The translations under genes and the position numbers were made by a program. DNA of 64,000 nucleotides from the NCBI GenBank assembly GCA_965279375.1, contig OZ257156.1, forward strand, positions 3,264,001 to 3,328,000, written 5' to 3'. Of the stretch, positions 50,930 to 60,619 are shown piece by piece. The notes beneath the pieces were generated by a model. The model saw only the letters and a list, made by a program, of their open reading frames with translations. It was not told the DNA's origin and ran no database searches. The stretch's first letter is position 1. Each line of letters starts with the position of its first letter. The stretch is from Gemmatimonas sp. Lineage in GTDB: Bacteria > Gemmatimonadota > Gemmatimonadetes > Gemmatimonadales > Gemmatimonadaceae.

Positions 50930-53900
50930 CCGCGCCCGCGATTCGCGGTGCTGCTGCCACCGCCGGCGCGACCAACGCGCTCGAAGCCCGTCTCAAGCAG
51001 GAACTCGGCAAGCTCACGCTCTCGTCGTCGCAGGCGGTCGTGTTCGGCGGCATCACCTTCGCTGCGTTGGCGCTGGGGATCGGCGCTGCGGTGCTGGCCG
51101 ACGGGCGCTGGATGACGTTGCCGCGCGGGCTGCCGCTGCTGTTCTGGTTACTCGCGATCGTGCCCGTGGTGCTGGGCACACGCTGGATGCAGCGCTATCA
51201 ACAGCGCACGCTCTCGATCCGCGCGCTGGCTGGCACGGTCGAGGAAGAGATGCAGTTGCGCGCCGGCTCACTGCGTGGAGCGCTGGAAGTCGGACGCGAA
51301 GGCGTGCTTGGTGCGCGCGCTGCGGCCGATGTCGCCGCACGTCTGTCGCCGGGTACGTTGGCGCCCAAGCTGGCCAAGCAGCATTCGCAGTGGCAGTGGA
51401 CCGCCAGCATTCTCGCGCTCGTGCTGGTGCCGACGCTGATTCTCGTCGCAGGACGCTTTGCCGCCGATGGCGGGCAGGCGGTGTTGCACCCGATTCGCGC
51501 GTGGCGCGGCCTGTTGCTGCCGGCGCTCGCGTTCGACGGACTGCCGACATCGGTTCCGCGCGGCATGCCGCTCACGGTGCGCGTGAGCGCCTCCGGGCGC
51601 ACGCAGGTAACGGTGTCGCGTCGTGCCGCTGGTGAAGCGTGGCGCGACACGACGCTGTCGGTGAACGCGGCTGACGGCACGGTGCAGCTGGCGCTGGGCC
51701 CAGTGCGCGCACCGGTCACGCTGCGTCTCAGCGATGGTCGTGCGCCGTCGACGGAAGCAACGGTGACGGTGGCTGATCGTGGATGGATCGGCGACGTCGC
51801 ACTCTTCGCGCAGTATCCCGCCTACCTGCAGCGCGCCAACGAAACGGTGGAGCCGGTACCGCCGATTCTCGTTCCGCGCGGAACGCATGTGAAAGTGAGT
51901 GCGAATCTGCGTGGCGGTGCGCGCGATGCGTTCCTCACGGACGGCAAGGACACCGTGCGCTTCAGCGGCGATACGTCGGTGAGTGCGGTGCTCACGCTCG
52001 ATCGCGACAGCAAGTGGACGTGGGTGGCGGCGAGTACGGCGCGCGATGGCGCGGCGACGCTGCCGACCGAGCTCCCCGATCCGCTCGCCTTTTCCGTGGT
52101 GCCGGACCGCTCGCCCGAGGTGGTCATTCGCGCGCCGGTGACTGATACCGCGATTGGCACCAAGGGCGTCGTGCCGATCATCGTGCAGGCCAGCGACGAT
52201 CACAACGTCAGCAACATCGCGCTGCAACTCTGGCGTGAAAGCGCGACAGGGACGCCCAAGGACAATGCGCTGCTCAAGAGCAAGCGCGAGTTCATCGACG
52301 TGGTCGATCCGCAGGAGCCGATCTTCATGGGCGGCATTACGGTGCCTCTCGACGGTCGCGATCTGCAACCGGGCGACAAGCTGCACGTGGTCGCCATCGC
52401 GGTGGACGATTCGCCGTGGCGCCAAACGACGGTCAGCCCGGAGATCATCCTGCGTGTGCCCTCGCTCTCGGAACAGCGGGCGATGGCGCGCGACCTCGCG
52501 GATTCGCTCGCCGCGCGTGCCGCCGCGATGGCGGCACAGGAAAAGCGACTCCAGCAAAACACCTCCGACGCTTCACGCAGCCGCGACCTCAAGGCCGGCG
52601 GTTCGGGCGACAAGGCGCAGGGGAGCAACGCGCCCAAGAACGGCGCTGATAACAAGATGAGTTTTGCGGCCGCCGAGAAGGCCAAGCAGCTCGGGCGCGA
52701 TCAGCAGAAGCTGAGCGCGAAGGTCGACTCGCTGCGCGCGAACGCAAAGGAGCTCGAGGAACGGCTCAAGAACGCTGGCGCGCTCGACACGGCGCTCGCT
52801 TCGCGCATGCGCGACGTGCAGAAGATGCTGCGCGACGCGATGTCGCCCGAGATGCAGAAGCAGCTCCAGTCGCTGGAGAAGAGCTCGGAGCGATTGAGTG
52901 GCACCGAAGCACAGCAGTCGATGGAGCAGTTGGCCGCGCAGCAGCAGCAGATGCGCGAACAGCTGGAGAAGAGCGCCGAGATGCTCAAGCGTGCCGCGCT
53001 GGAAGGTGCGATGAGCACGCTGCGCGACGATGCGCGCGACCTGGCCAAGGCCGAGCAGCAGTTGGCCGATCGCATGGATGCCAAGCAGGCGGCCAAGGAC
53101 GGCGGCAAGGGCGGCGATCCGTCCGGCGGCAAGCAGGGCGATCGTCAGAACGCGCAGCCGGGCGAGCCGGGTAAGCAGGACAGCCCGGCGATGGACCCCA
53201 AGACGCTGGCCGAACGCACCAAGGAGCTGGAGGCGGAGATCGAGAAGCTCTCCAAGCGCCTCGAGAGCGCCGGTGCCAAGCCGGGTGCGTCCAAGACCAA
53301 GGCCGCGCAGCCGATGGTGAATCAGGCTGCCGACGCCATGCAGAAGGCCGCTGAGCAGGTCGCCGAAGAAGCGGCCAACGAGAGCGCTGGCGCCAAGCCG
53401 CAGAACGGTAAGCCCGACCCGTCGCAACAGGGCGGCGAGAAGGGGCAGCCCGGCGAGAAGAAGGAAGCAGGGCAGAACGGCCAGCCGCAGCCCGGTGGAC
53501 AGCAGGGACAGCCGCAGCCGGGACAGTCGCAGCAGGGTCAGCCCAAGCCCGGTCCGCAGGGGCAGTCGCAGCAAGGACAGCCCAAGCCGGGCCAGCAGGG
53601 TGAGTCCAAGGACGGCCAACAGGGCCAGCCGGGGCAGCAGGGCGAGAAGGGTGGAGAGAAGAGCGGCCAGCAGGGAGGCGGCGGCGGTGGCGGTGGTGGC
53701 GGCGAAGCGCGCAAGGCAGCCGACGCGATGGACAAGGCCGCCAAGCAGCTCTCGGCCGCTCGCGAATCGCAGGTCGACGCGTGGAAGACCGAACTGTCGC
53801 AGGAGCTCGATCAGTCCATCAACGAAACGATGCAGCTCGCGCGGCAGCAGCAGGAGCTGGAGCAGAAGGCGCGTCAGCAGGGAGGCACACAGGGCATGCA

Positions 53901-54711
53901 GGGCGAGCAGGGTGCGCTGCAGCAGGGCGTACAGCAGGCAGCGGAACGTCTCGAAAAGGCGGGACGCAGTTCGTCATTGCTCTCGCAGCGGTCGCAGAAA
54001 GCGATGGCCGATGCGCAGCGTCGCGTGCAGAACGCCACGCAGCAGATGGCCAACCAGAACCCCGGTGGCGCGGACGCGTCGCAGCAGGCGATGAAGGACG
54101 CCTCCGAGGCGCTCAATCAGGCGCTCAGCTCACTCGTGCGCGATCGCGAAAAGGTGAACAACGCGCAGTCCGCGTCGGGCTTCACCGAGATGATGGAGCA
54201 GCTCAAGCAGCTGGCGCAGCAGCAGGGCAACCTGAACGGCCAGATGCAGGGGCTCAACCTGATGCCGGGCGGCGCGCAGGGGCAGGTCGCGCGCAATCAG
54301 GCGCGGGTGTTGGCGCGTCAGCAGCGCGAAGTGGCCAAGACGCTCTCCGATGTGTCGGACGCGGATGCCACCGGACGCACCGATGCGTTGGCCAAGGAAG
54401 CGCAGACGTTGGCGCAGCAGATGGAACGCGGCAGCATCGATCCGAATGTCGCCGCGCGACAGCAGCAGCTCTATCGTCGTTTGCTCGATGCCGGTCGGTT
54501 CCTCGAGCAGGACGAGAAGGACGATCAGGGGCCGCGTGAAGCGAAGGCAGCAGCCGCTGGTGGAAAGGGCGCGATCGATGGGCCGCAGTCGGGCAAGGCG
54601 GCCAACAAGTTCGCACCGCCCACCTGGAACGAACTGCGCGGACTGGGCGCCGACGAGCGTCGCCTGGTGATCGAGTACTTCCGTCGACTCAATGGCACGA
54701 CGCCCCAGTAG
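50926..54711 (+). CDS. Large DUF4175-like membrane protein (TM helices, Ig-like region, long Gln-rich coiled coil)
   Basis: Three TM segments, 'YPAYL', 'VVPDRSPEV', 'ASDDH', long Q/E/K/A-rich heptads, C-terminal 'VIEYFRRL'. Confidence 0.75.
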   Translation: MTAPAIRGAAATAGATNALEARLKQELGKLTLSSSQAVVFGGITFAALALGIGAAVLADGRWMTLPRGLPLLFWLLAIVPVVLGTRWMQRYQQRTLSIRALAGTVEEEMQLRAGSLRGALEVGREGVLGARAAADVAARLSPGTLAPKLAKQHSQWQWTASILALVLVPTLILVAGRFAADGGQAVLHPIRAWRGLLLPALAFDGLPTSVPRGMPLTVRVSASGRTQVTVSRRAAGEAWRDTTLSVNAADGTVQLALGPVRAPVTLRLSDGRAPSTEATVTVADRGWIGDVALFAQYPAYLQRANETVEPVPPILVPRGTHVKVSANLRGGARDAFLTDGKDTVRFSGDTSVSAVLTLDRDSKWTWVAASTARDGAATLPTELPDPLAFSVVPDRSPEVVIRAPVTDTAIGTKGVVPIIVQASDDHNVSNIALQLWRESATGTPKDNALLKSKREFIDVVDPQEPIFMGGITVPLDGRDLQPGDKLHVVAIAVDDSPWRQTTVSPEIILRVPSLSEQRAMARDLADSLAARAAAMAAQEKRLQQNTSDASRSRDLKAGGSGDKAQGSNAPKNGADNKMSFAAAEKAKQLGRDQQKLSAKVDSLRANAKELEERLKNAGALDTALASRMRDVQKMLRDAMSPEMQKQLQSLEKSSERLSGTEAQQSMEQLAAQQQQMREQLEKSAEMLKRAALEGAMSTLRDDARDLAKAEQQLADRMDAKQAAKDGGKGGDPSGGKQGDRQNAQPGEPGKQDSPAMDPKTLAERTKELEAEIEKLSKRLESAGAKPGASKTKAAQPMVNQAADAMQKAAEQVAEEAANESAGAKPQNGKPDPSQQGGEKGQPGEKKEAGQNGQPQPGGQQGQPQPGQSQQGQPKPGPQGQSQQGQPKPGQQGESKDGQQGQPGQQGEKGGEKSGQQGGGGGGGGGGEARKAADAMDKAAKQLSAARESQVDAWKTELSQELDQSINETMQLARQQQELEQKARQQGGTQGMQGEQGALQQGVQQAAERLEKAGRSSSLLSQRSQKAMADAQRRVQNATQQMANQNPGGADASQQAMKDASEALNQALSSLVRDREKVNNAQSASGFTEMMEQLKQLAQQQGNLNGQMQGLNLMPGGAQGQVARNQARVLARQQREVAKTLSDVSDADATGRTDALAKEAQTLAQQMERGSIDPNVAARQQQLYRRLLDAGRFLEQDEKDDQGPREAKAAAAGGKGAIDGPQSGKAANKFAPPTWNELRGLGADERRLVIEYFRRLNGTTPQ
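53470..53703 (+). repeat. Low-complexity GQP(Q/K)PG repeats and poly-Gly within the DUF4175-like CDS
   Basis: 'GQPQPGGQQGQPQPGQSQQGQPKPGPQGQSQQGQPKPGQQG...GGGGGGGGGG'. Confidence 0.8.
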
Positions 54712-56707
54712 CGCCGCGACACGGCTGCACAGCATCGGCTCACGTAGCGCATCGGTTAGCGCATCGGTTAGCGCATCGCGATTCGCATCGCGTTTCGCAT
54801 CGCGTATTGCCTCGCGAAGCGCATGGCGCTGGGTGACGCTCTGCGCGGCGCTGCTGCTCGGCGCGGTGGGCGACGCCGAGAGTGCGTTCGCCCAGGCGCG
54901 CCCGGGTAGCACGGGCGCAGCCAACGCGCCGGCCACGGCGACCGCGACCAAGGCCGATACGGTCGATCCGCTGGGGATCGCGCTCGACGCCGAAGAAAAA
55001 GGTGAGCTCAAGCGGGCAGCGGCTGCGTATCGCGAAGTGCTGTTCCGAGCGTTGCAACCCGGCGCCGGCGACGGCGATCGCGTGGACATGTCGCTGTTGG
55101 GTCTCGAGCGCGTGTGGACCGAAACGGGCGCGCGCGACTCGATTTTGCTTGTCGCGCAGCGCGTGGTGTTGCTGCGTCCCGCCGATCCGGTGGCACGCGG
55201 CATTCAGCTCCGCTCCCTCGTGGGGATGGGGCGCGACGACGAAGCGCGGTCGGCGTTCGCGTCGTGGCGTCGCGCGGCCGGCAACGATGGCGCACCCTTT
55301 CGCGAGTATTCGCGGTTGCTCCTCGCCGCCGGTCGTGCACAGGCCGCCGACTCGGTGCTCAACGAAGCGAGTCGATTGCTTGGCGCGGCCGGTATGCTTG
55401 CCGGTGAAGTCGCGCAGTTGCACGTCGCGCTCGGCCGCTGGAGTGCGGCGGCTGCGGCGTTTCGCGAGTCGCTGAGCAGTCAGCCGTATCTCGAGACAGC
55501 GGCGACGTATGCGCTGCAGCGCGCGCCCAGTACCGTGCGTGATTCGATTCGCACCGTGTTGATCGCCGATCCGGTGGAGCTGTTGCCGCGGCGCTTGTTG
55601 TCGTCGCTGGAGCTGACGTGGGGAGAGCCGCGTCGCGGCTGGACGGCATTGTCCCCGGTGCGCGCTGACGACTCGACAACCGCGGCGTGGCGAAGCTTTG
55701 GTGAACGCGTGGAGTACGCGCAGGCCTGGCCCGTGGCGCGTGACGCGTGGGTGGCAGTGTTCGATCGCGCAGGCGACCTCGAAGCGCAGCAGCATGCCGC
55801 ACAGGCCGCGCTCAATGCGGGGGATGCAGCGGGCGCACTGGCGTTGGTGGCACGAACCGGCAAGCCAGTGGCGACGGCGCGACCGACTAAGCCCGGCGAG
55901 TCGGCCAAGGATGCTGCGGCACGCGAAGCGACGCTGCGCGTGCGCTCGCTACTGCCGATCGAGATTGCGGCACTGGGTGAGCTGGGGCGTGCGAAAGACG
56001 CACAGGCACGGCTCGAAGCCAACGCGGCGCAGCTCGACGATGCCGCACGTGATGCGATGGCGCGCCCGCTCGTGGCCGCGTGGTTGCGCGCCGGTGATCT
56101 GGAACGGGCGCGTGCCGCCGCCAAGGCGACCGACCTTAGTGAGGACGACGAGACCGAAGGCTGGCTTGCACTCTACGACGGCGATCTGGTGACCGCGCGC
56201 AAACGGCTGGTGCGCGCGGATACCAAACGGGGCGAATTGGTGGATGCGTTGGGGCTGCTCGCGCGTACGCGCGCGACGCAGTCCGCCGGCCTGGGACAGG
56301 CGTTTCTCGCGCTCGCGCAGCGCGATAGTGCGACCGCCGCTGCGCGCTTTGTCGCACTCGCCGATTCTCTGTCCGATGCTGCTCCGGCGTTGCTGTCGTT
56401 GGCGTCGCGTATCGAGGCGCGATTGGCGGTACGCAGCGCAGGCAAGGCGCCCACGCCTGCGGCGGTGCCCGCGAAGGCGATGGCATTGTGGGATCGCATC
56501 GTGAAGCAGCATCCCAAGTCCCCCGAGGCGCCGGAGGCGTTGCTCGCCAGTGCGCGCGCGTTACGCGACGCGGGCCAGACGCCGGCTGCGATTCAACGCT
56601 TCGAAACGCTGCTCGTCGATTATCCTGAGAGTGCGCTACTGCCGCAGGCGCGTCGCGACCTAGAACGTCTGCGCGGGAACATCCCGCCGGAGCTGACTGC
56701 CAGATGA
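54692..56707 (+). CDS. Secreted tetratricopeptide-repeat protein
   Basis: Signal-like hydrophobic stretch, Ala-rich helical repeats, C-terminal BamD/YbgF-like TPR 'HPKSPEAPEAL...YPESALLPQAR'. Confidence 0.75.
   Translation: MARRPSSAATRLHSIGSRSASVSASVSASRFASRFASRIASRSAWRWVTLCAALLLGAVGDAESAFAQARPGSTGAANAPATATATKADTVDPLGIALDAEEKGELKRAAAAYREVLFRALQPGAGDGDRVDMSLLGLERVWTETGARDSILLVAQRVVLLRPADPVARGIQLRSLVGMGRDDEARSAFASWRRAAGNDGAPFREYSRLLLAAGRAQAADSVLNEASRLLGAAGMLAGEVAQLHVALGRWSAAAAAFRESLSSQPYLETAATYALQRAPSTVRDSIRTVLIADPVELLPRRLLSSLELTWGEPRRGWTALSPVRADDSTTAAWRSFGERVEYAQAWPVARDAWVAVFDRAGDLEAQQHAAQAALNAGDAAGALALVARTGKPVATARPTKPGESAKDAAAREATLRVRSLLPIEIAALGELGRAKDAQARLEANAAQLDDAARDAMARPLVAAWLRAGDLERARAAAKATDLSEDDETEGWLALYDGDLVTARKRLVRADTKRGELVDALGLLARTRATQSAGLGQAFLALAQRDSATAAARFVALADSLSDAAPALLSLASRIEARLAVRSAGKAPTPAAVPAKAMALWDRIVKQHPKSPEAPEALLASARALRDAGQTPAAIQRFETLLVDYPESALLPQARRDLERLRGNIPPELTAR
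54746..54829 (+). repeat. Degenerate 12-bp tandem repeat (about 7 units)
   Basis: agcgcatcggtt x2, agcgcatcgcga, ttcgcatcgcgt x2, attgcctcgcga, agcgcatggcgc; encodes SASV/SASR/FASR units. Confidence 0.85.
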
Positions 56708-56757
56708 GTGCCTTCCGTGCCGTGATCGTTTTGCGAGGTATCGAGCGCGCCTTACCC

Positions 56758-58017
56758 ATGCGTACGCTGAGCGCGCTGCTGGCGACACTGCTGCTTGCGG
56801 CGCTGCCGCTGCGCGCGCAGAACATGCTCATCCCGATGGACGATGGGCAGCGCAACCATCTCAAGGCCTACGGCGTGGCGTTTCAAGCGCTCAAGACCGG
56901 ACAGAAGGCGGAGTGGCTGCTCAACTATCGTGGTGGCGCCTTCCTCTTGCCGGATGTGCCCGATCTGCGTCGCCGCGCCGCGCTCGATGGCGTGACCATC
57001 GAGGCGATGAGCGACGGTGCGCTGGTCGCCGCGCGCGCCGAAATCGCCGGCGGTAACATGGATGCCGTGGTGCTCGAGCGCGCACCGCGCATCGCGATCT
57101 ATCGCCCCGTGAACCAGCCGCCCTGGGACGACGCCGTCACGCTCGCGCTCACGTATGCCGGCATCGATTTCACGTCGGTGTGGGACGATGACGTCATGAA
57201 GGGCGACCTGTCCAAGTACGACTGGGTGCATCTGCACCACGAAGACTTCACGGGACAGTTCAACAAGCTCTTTCTCGCCTATCGCGATGCGCCGTGGTTC
57301 ATCGCGCAGCGCGATCGTGATCTGGCGATGGCCCGGAAGTTCGGCCTTGCCGATGTTCCCGCGCTCAAGAAGGCGGTGGCCGACAACATTCGTGGTTTCG
57401 TCGATCGCGGCGGTTTCCTCTTCGCCATGTGCGGCGCCACCGAGTCGCTCGATCTGGCCATCGCCGCCTTCGCGGTCGATATCGCCGGCCCGTTCTCCGA
57501 TGGCACGCCGCCCGCACCTGACGCCGACGCACGTCTCAACTGGATGCGCACGCTCGCATTTTCCGGCGCGCACATCGAGCCGTCGCCGTACATCAACGCC
57601 TTGAGCGATATCGACGGGCATCAGGTCAACGTGCCCGCGCGTCGTCAGCCGCTCGGCGTCTTCACGTTGTTCGACTTCTCGGCCAAGCTCGATCCGGTTG
57701 CGGCGATGCTCGTGCAGAACCATCGGAGCATCATCCCCGACTTCTACGGCGTCACCACCAGCTTCAATCGTGCGATCATCAAGCCGACGGTGACGGTGCT
57801 CGCCTCCGAAGACGGCGCGCCGTGGAGCAAATACCTGCACGGCGACTACGGGAAGGGCTCCTGGACCTTCCTTGGCGGCCATGATCCGGAAGATCCGCAG
57901 CATGCCATTGGCAGTCCGCCGACGGACCTGTCGCTGCGTCCGAATTCGCCGGGTTATCGCCTGATCCTCAACAACGTGCTCTTCCCCGCCGCGAAGAAGA
58001 AGCCGCGGAAGACGTGA
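56758..58017 (+). CDS. Conserved secreted protein with class-I GATase-like region (family often loosely annotated 'asparagine synthetase B')
   Basis: Signal peptide; 'LIPMD..Q.NHLKAYG', 'WLLNYRGG', 'PWDDAVTLALTYA', 'LHHEDFTGQ', 'GGFLFAMC', 'GGHDPED', 'SPGYRLILNNVLFPAA'. No AsnB N-terminal Cys or SGGLDS motif. Confidence 0.7.
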   Translation: MRTLSALLATLLLAALPLRAQNMLIPMDDGQRNHLKAYGVAFQALKTGQKAEWLLNYRGGAFLLPDVPDLRRRAALDGVTIEAMSDGALVAARAEIAGGNMDAVVLERAPRIAIYRPVNQPPWDDAVTLALTYAGIDFTSVWDDDVMKGDLSKYDWVHLHHEDFTGQFNKLFLAYRDAPWFIAQRDRDLAMARKFGLADVPALKKAVADNIRGFVDRGGFLFAMCGATESLDLAIAAFAVDIAGPFSDGTPPAPDADARLNWMRTLAFSGAHIEPSPYINALSDIDGHQVNVPARRQPLGVFTLFDFSAKLDPVAAMLVQNHRSIIPDFYGVTTSFNRAIIKPTVTVLASEDGAPWSKYLHGDYGKGSWTFLGGHDPEDPQHAIGSPPTDLSLRPNSPGYRLILNNVLFPAAKKKPRKT

Positions 58018-60608
58018 CGTCGCGCGCTGTTCCCGCCAAGCGCCCGAGCGAGATCGGCGAGACACGCCTCGCGCGCGCCGCGGCGGCGGCCATGCGCACG
58101 GCGATCACGCTGGCTGGAGGCAATGAAGTCTGTTTCGTTGGCTCGCTCGACGCCGACGGCAACATCGAGCGTGCGCGAGTCGTAGCCCGCGGCGATGTGC
58201 GGAGCGTGCTCGCCTTACCCGGCGTTGCCACGCGCGGCGAGATGCTGCTGCACAATCATCCGTCGGGACTGTTGACGCCGAGCGACGCCGATCTGGAAGT
58301 GGCGCACCGCGCGCACATGGACGGCATCGGCTTCGGCATCATCAACAACGATGCGTCGCGCGTTTACGTGGTCACCGAGGTGCCCACGTCAGCCGAGTTG
58401 GTGCCGGTGTCGCTGGATGATGTGGACGTCGTGCTGGGTCCGCACGGACAGATCGCACAGGCAATGCAGACCGTGCTGGGCGCACGCGCGTATGAAGATC
58501 GCCCGGCGCAACGTGCGATGGCGGCCGCGGTGACCGAGGCGTTCAACGGTGGTGGCATCGCCCTGTTGGAAGCCGGCACGGGCGTTGGTAAATCGCTCGG
58601 GTATCTGGTGCCCGCGCTGCGCTGGGCGGCGGCCAACGGTGAGCGCACGATCGTTTCCACCAACACGATCACGCTGCAGGAGCAGCTCGTCAGCAAAGAC
58701 TTGCCGTTCTTGCAGCGAGCCTTGAGCGATCAGCCGGTACGCTTCGCGTTACTCAAAGGGTGGCGCAACTACCTGTGCCTGCAGCGGCTCGAGCAGGCGC
58801 GCGGGGCAGGGGCGGCGCTGTTCGAAGACGGCGCCGCCGGCGATCTCGAAGCGATCGCGCAGTGGGCCGAACGCACGCGCGACGGCTCGCTCTCCGACTT
58901 GCCCGTTACGCCGCGCATGGATGTGTGGGATGAGGTCGCGGCAGAGCCCGATCTGTGCGGGCGACTCAAGTGCTCGTTCTACGACAAGTGCTTCCTGTTC
59001 AAGGCGCGCAAGGAAGCGGCTCAGGCCGACGTGGTGGTGGTGAATCATCACCTGCTGTTGTCCGACGTGGCCGTGCGTCGCACGTCGCAGAACTGGGATG
59101 ACGCCGCCGTGCTGCCGGCGTACAAGCGACTCGTTATCGACGAAGGGCATCACCTCGAAGACGCGGCTGCGTCGCACTTGGGCAGCTCGGTCACTCGGCG
59201 CGCGTTGGCGCGATTATTCGGGCGCATCGAACGACGCGGGAAGGGGCTGCTCCCCGCGCTCGTGGCCAATCTGCGCGGTTCCACCGATGCGTTCAGCGTG
59301 GCCAGTCTCGATCTCGTGCAGGAACGACTCGCGCCCAGCAGTGCGACCGCGCGTGACCGCGCACAGCTCTTGTTCGAACTGCTGGACATCGCACTGCAGG
59401 AATCCAACACGCCGATGATTCGACTCACGGCGGAGTTCGAGCAACATCCCGCCTGGAAGGGCGGCGTGGAACGCGCACTCGATGAGCTGCTCACCGAGAT
59501 CACGATGCTCGGCGATGGATTGCGTCTCGTACGTGAACGCCTCGAAAGCGATCAGCGCAAGAGCGAGCAGCTGGCGCCGCTGGTGGGCGAGTTGCGCGGC
59601 GTGGCGCGTCGACTGGAGAACGCCGGTGACGCGTTGGGGCGCGCGCTGCGCACACCGGCAGCCGGTGCACCAGTGGTGCGATGGATGGAGTTCACCGGCA
59701 AGGCGGGGCCGGAACGTAACCTCGCGTTGCATTGCGTGCCGCTCGACCTCGCGCCGGTGTTGCGTGATGATCTGTTCGGCCGCGTGGACACCGCCATCAT
59801 CACCAGCGCCACGCTCTCCACCGATGGCGGCTTCGAGTTTCTCGAGCAGCGGCTCGGCCTCGACGATCCGCGCGCCAAGCCAACCACGGCGATCTATCCA
59901 TCGCCATTCGACTATCCGCGGCAGGCGCTGCTGGTCATTCCCACCGACCTCCCCGCACCCAACGAAGACGCGCGCGCGCACTTCGTCGCCGTGACGCAGC
60001 AGCTGCGCGATCTGCTGACCGCGAGCGACGGCGGCATCTTCGCGCTGTTCACGAGTCATCGCGATGTGCGCGAGATGGCGGAGCAGCTGCGTGCGTCGGG
60101 GCACGATGCGCGCTATCCGCTGCTGGTGCACGGCGAGGAAAGCCGCGACATCCTGCTGCAGCGCTTTCGCGAAGCGGGGCGCGCGGTGCTGCTGGGTACC
60201 GCCACCTTCTGGGAAGGCGTGGATGTACCGGGCGACGCGCTGCGCGGCCTGCTCATCGCCAAGCTGCCGTTTCGCGTGCCCAGCGAGCCCATGGTCGCCG
60301 CCCAGTGCGAAGCGATCGAAGCGCGCGGCGGAAATGCCTTCGCCGAGTTCATGCTGCCGCACGCCTCGCTGCGCCTCAAGCAGGGGTTCGGGCGACTCAT
60401 TCGCACGGCGAGCGATCGCGGCGTCGTCGTGCTCAGCGATCCGCGGGTGCTCACCAAGCGCTATGGCCGGGATCTGATCAACAGCCTGCCGCCCGCCAAA
60501 CGTTTGACTGGGGCATGGGGAGAGCTGCGGACTCAGGTGTCTGCCTTCTATGACCGGCGGGAGGTAAGTTCTTCGGACCGCAATTCGCTCCCCTCCACAC
60601 GTCGCTGA
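58014..60608 (+). CDS. DinG/XPD-family Fe-S helicase with N-terminal JAB/MPN (RadC-like) domain
   Basis: JAB 'NEVCF...HNHPSG...PSDAD'; helicase 'EAGTGVGKS', 'KGWRNYLC', Fe-S cysteines, 'IDEGHH', 'FTSH', 'FWEGVDVPG', 'KQGFGRLIR'. Confidence 0.92.
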   Translation: MTSRAVPAKRPSEIGETRLARAAAAAMRTAITLAGGNEVCFVGSLDADGNIERARVVARGDVRSVLALPGVATRGEMLLHNHPSGLLTPSDADLEVAHRAHMDGIGFGIINNDASRVYVVTEVPTSAELVPVSLDDVDVVLGPHGQIAQAMQTVLGARAYEDRPAQRAMAAAVTEAFNGGGIALLEAGTGVGKSLGYLVPALRWAAANGERTIVSTNTITLQEQLVSKDLPFLQRALSDQPVRFALLKGWRNYLCLQRLEQARGAGAALFEDGAAGDLEAIAQWAERTRDGSLSDLPVTPRMDVWDEVAAEPDLCGRLKCSFYDKCFLFKARKEAAQADVVVVNHHLLLSDVAVRRTSQNWDDAAVLPAYKRLVIDEGHHLEDAAASHLGSSVTRRALARLFGRIERRGKGLLPALVANLRGSTDAFSVASLDLVQERLAPSSATARDRAQLLFELLDIALQESNTPMIRLTAEFEQHPAWKGGVERALDELLTEITMLGDGLRLVRERLESDQRKSEQLAPLVGELRGVARRLENAGDALGRALRTPAAGAPVVRWMEFTGKAGPERNLALHCVPLDLAPVLRDDLFGRVDTAIITSATLSTDGGFEFLEQRLGLDDPRAKPTTAIYPSPFDYPRQALLVIPTDLPAPNEDARAHFVAVTQQLRDLLTASDGGIFALFTSHRDVREMAEQLRASGHDARYPLLVHGEESRDILLQRFREAGRAVLLGTATFWEGVDVPGDALRGLLIAKLPFRVPSEPMVAAQCEAIEARGGNAFAEFMLPHASLRLKQGFGRLIRTASDRGVVVLSDPRVLTKRYGRDLINSLPPAKRLTGAWGELRTQVSAFYDRREVSSSDRNSLPSTRR

Positions 60609-60619
60609 GCCCATCCGCC

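Noticed and set aside
52573..53619. Leu-rich 348-aa minus-strand ORF that looks like a membrane protein
   Set aside because: Mirror of the CAG/AAG/GAG-rich codons of the Gln/Lys/Glu coiled coil on the plus strand.
54746..54829. Possible CRISPR array
   Set aside because: Units are 12-bp adjacent tandem repeats with no spacers, and no cas genes are present.
56758..58017. Assigning gene symbol asnB
   Set aside because: Lacks the N-terminal Cys Ntn domain and the SGGLDS ATP-pyrophosphatase motif, and has a signal peptide.
58014..60608. Type IV CRISPR-associated CasDinG or a defence island
   Set aside because: No cas genes, arrays or mobile-element genes nearby; the context is housekeeping.
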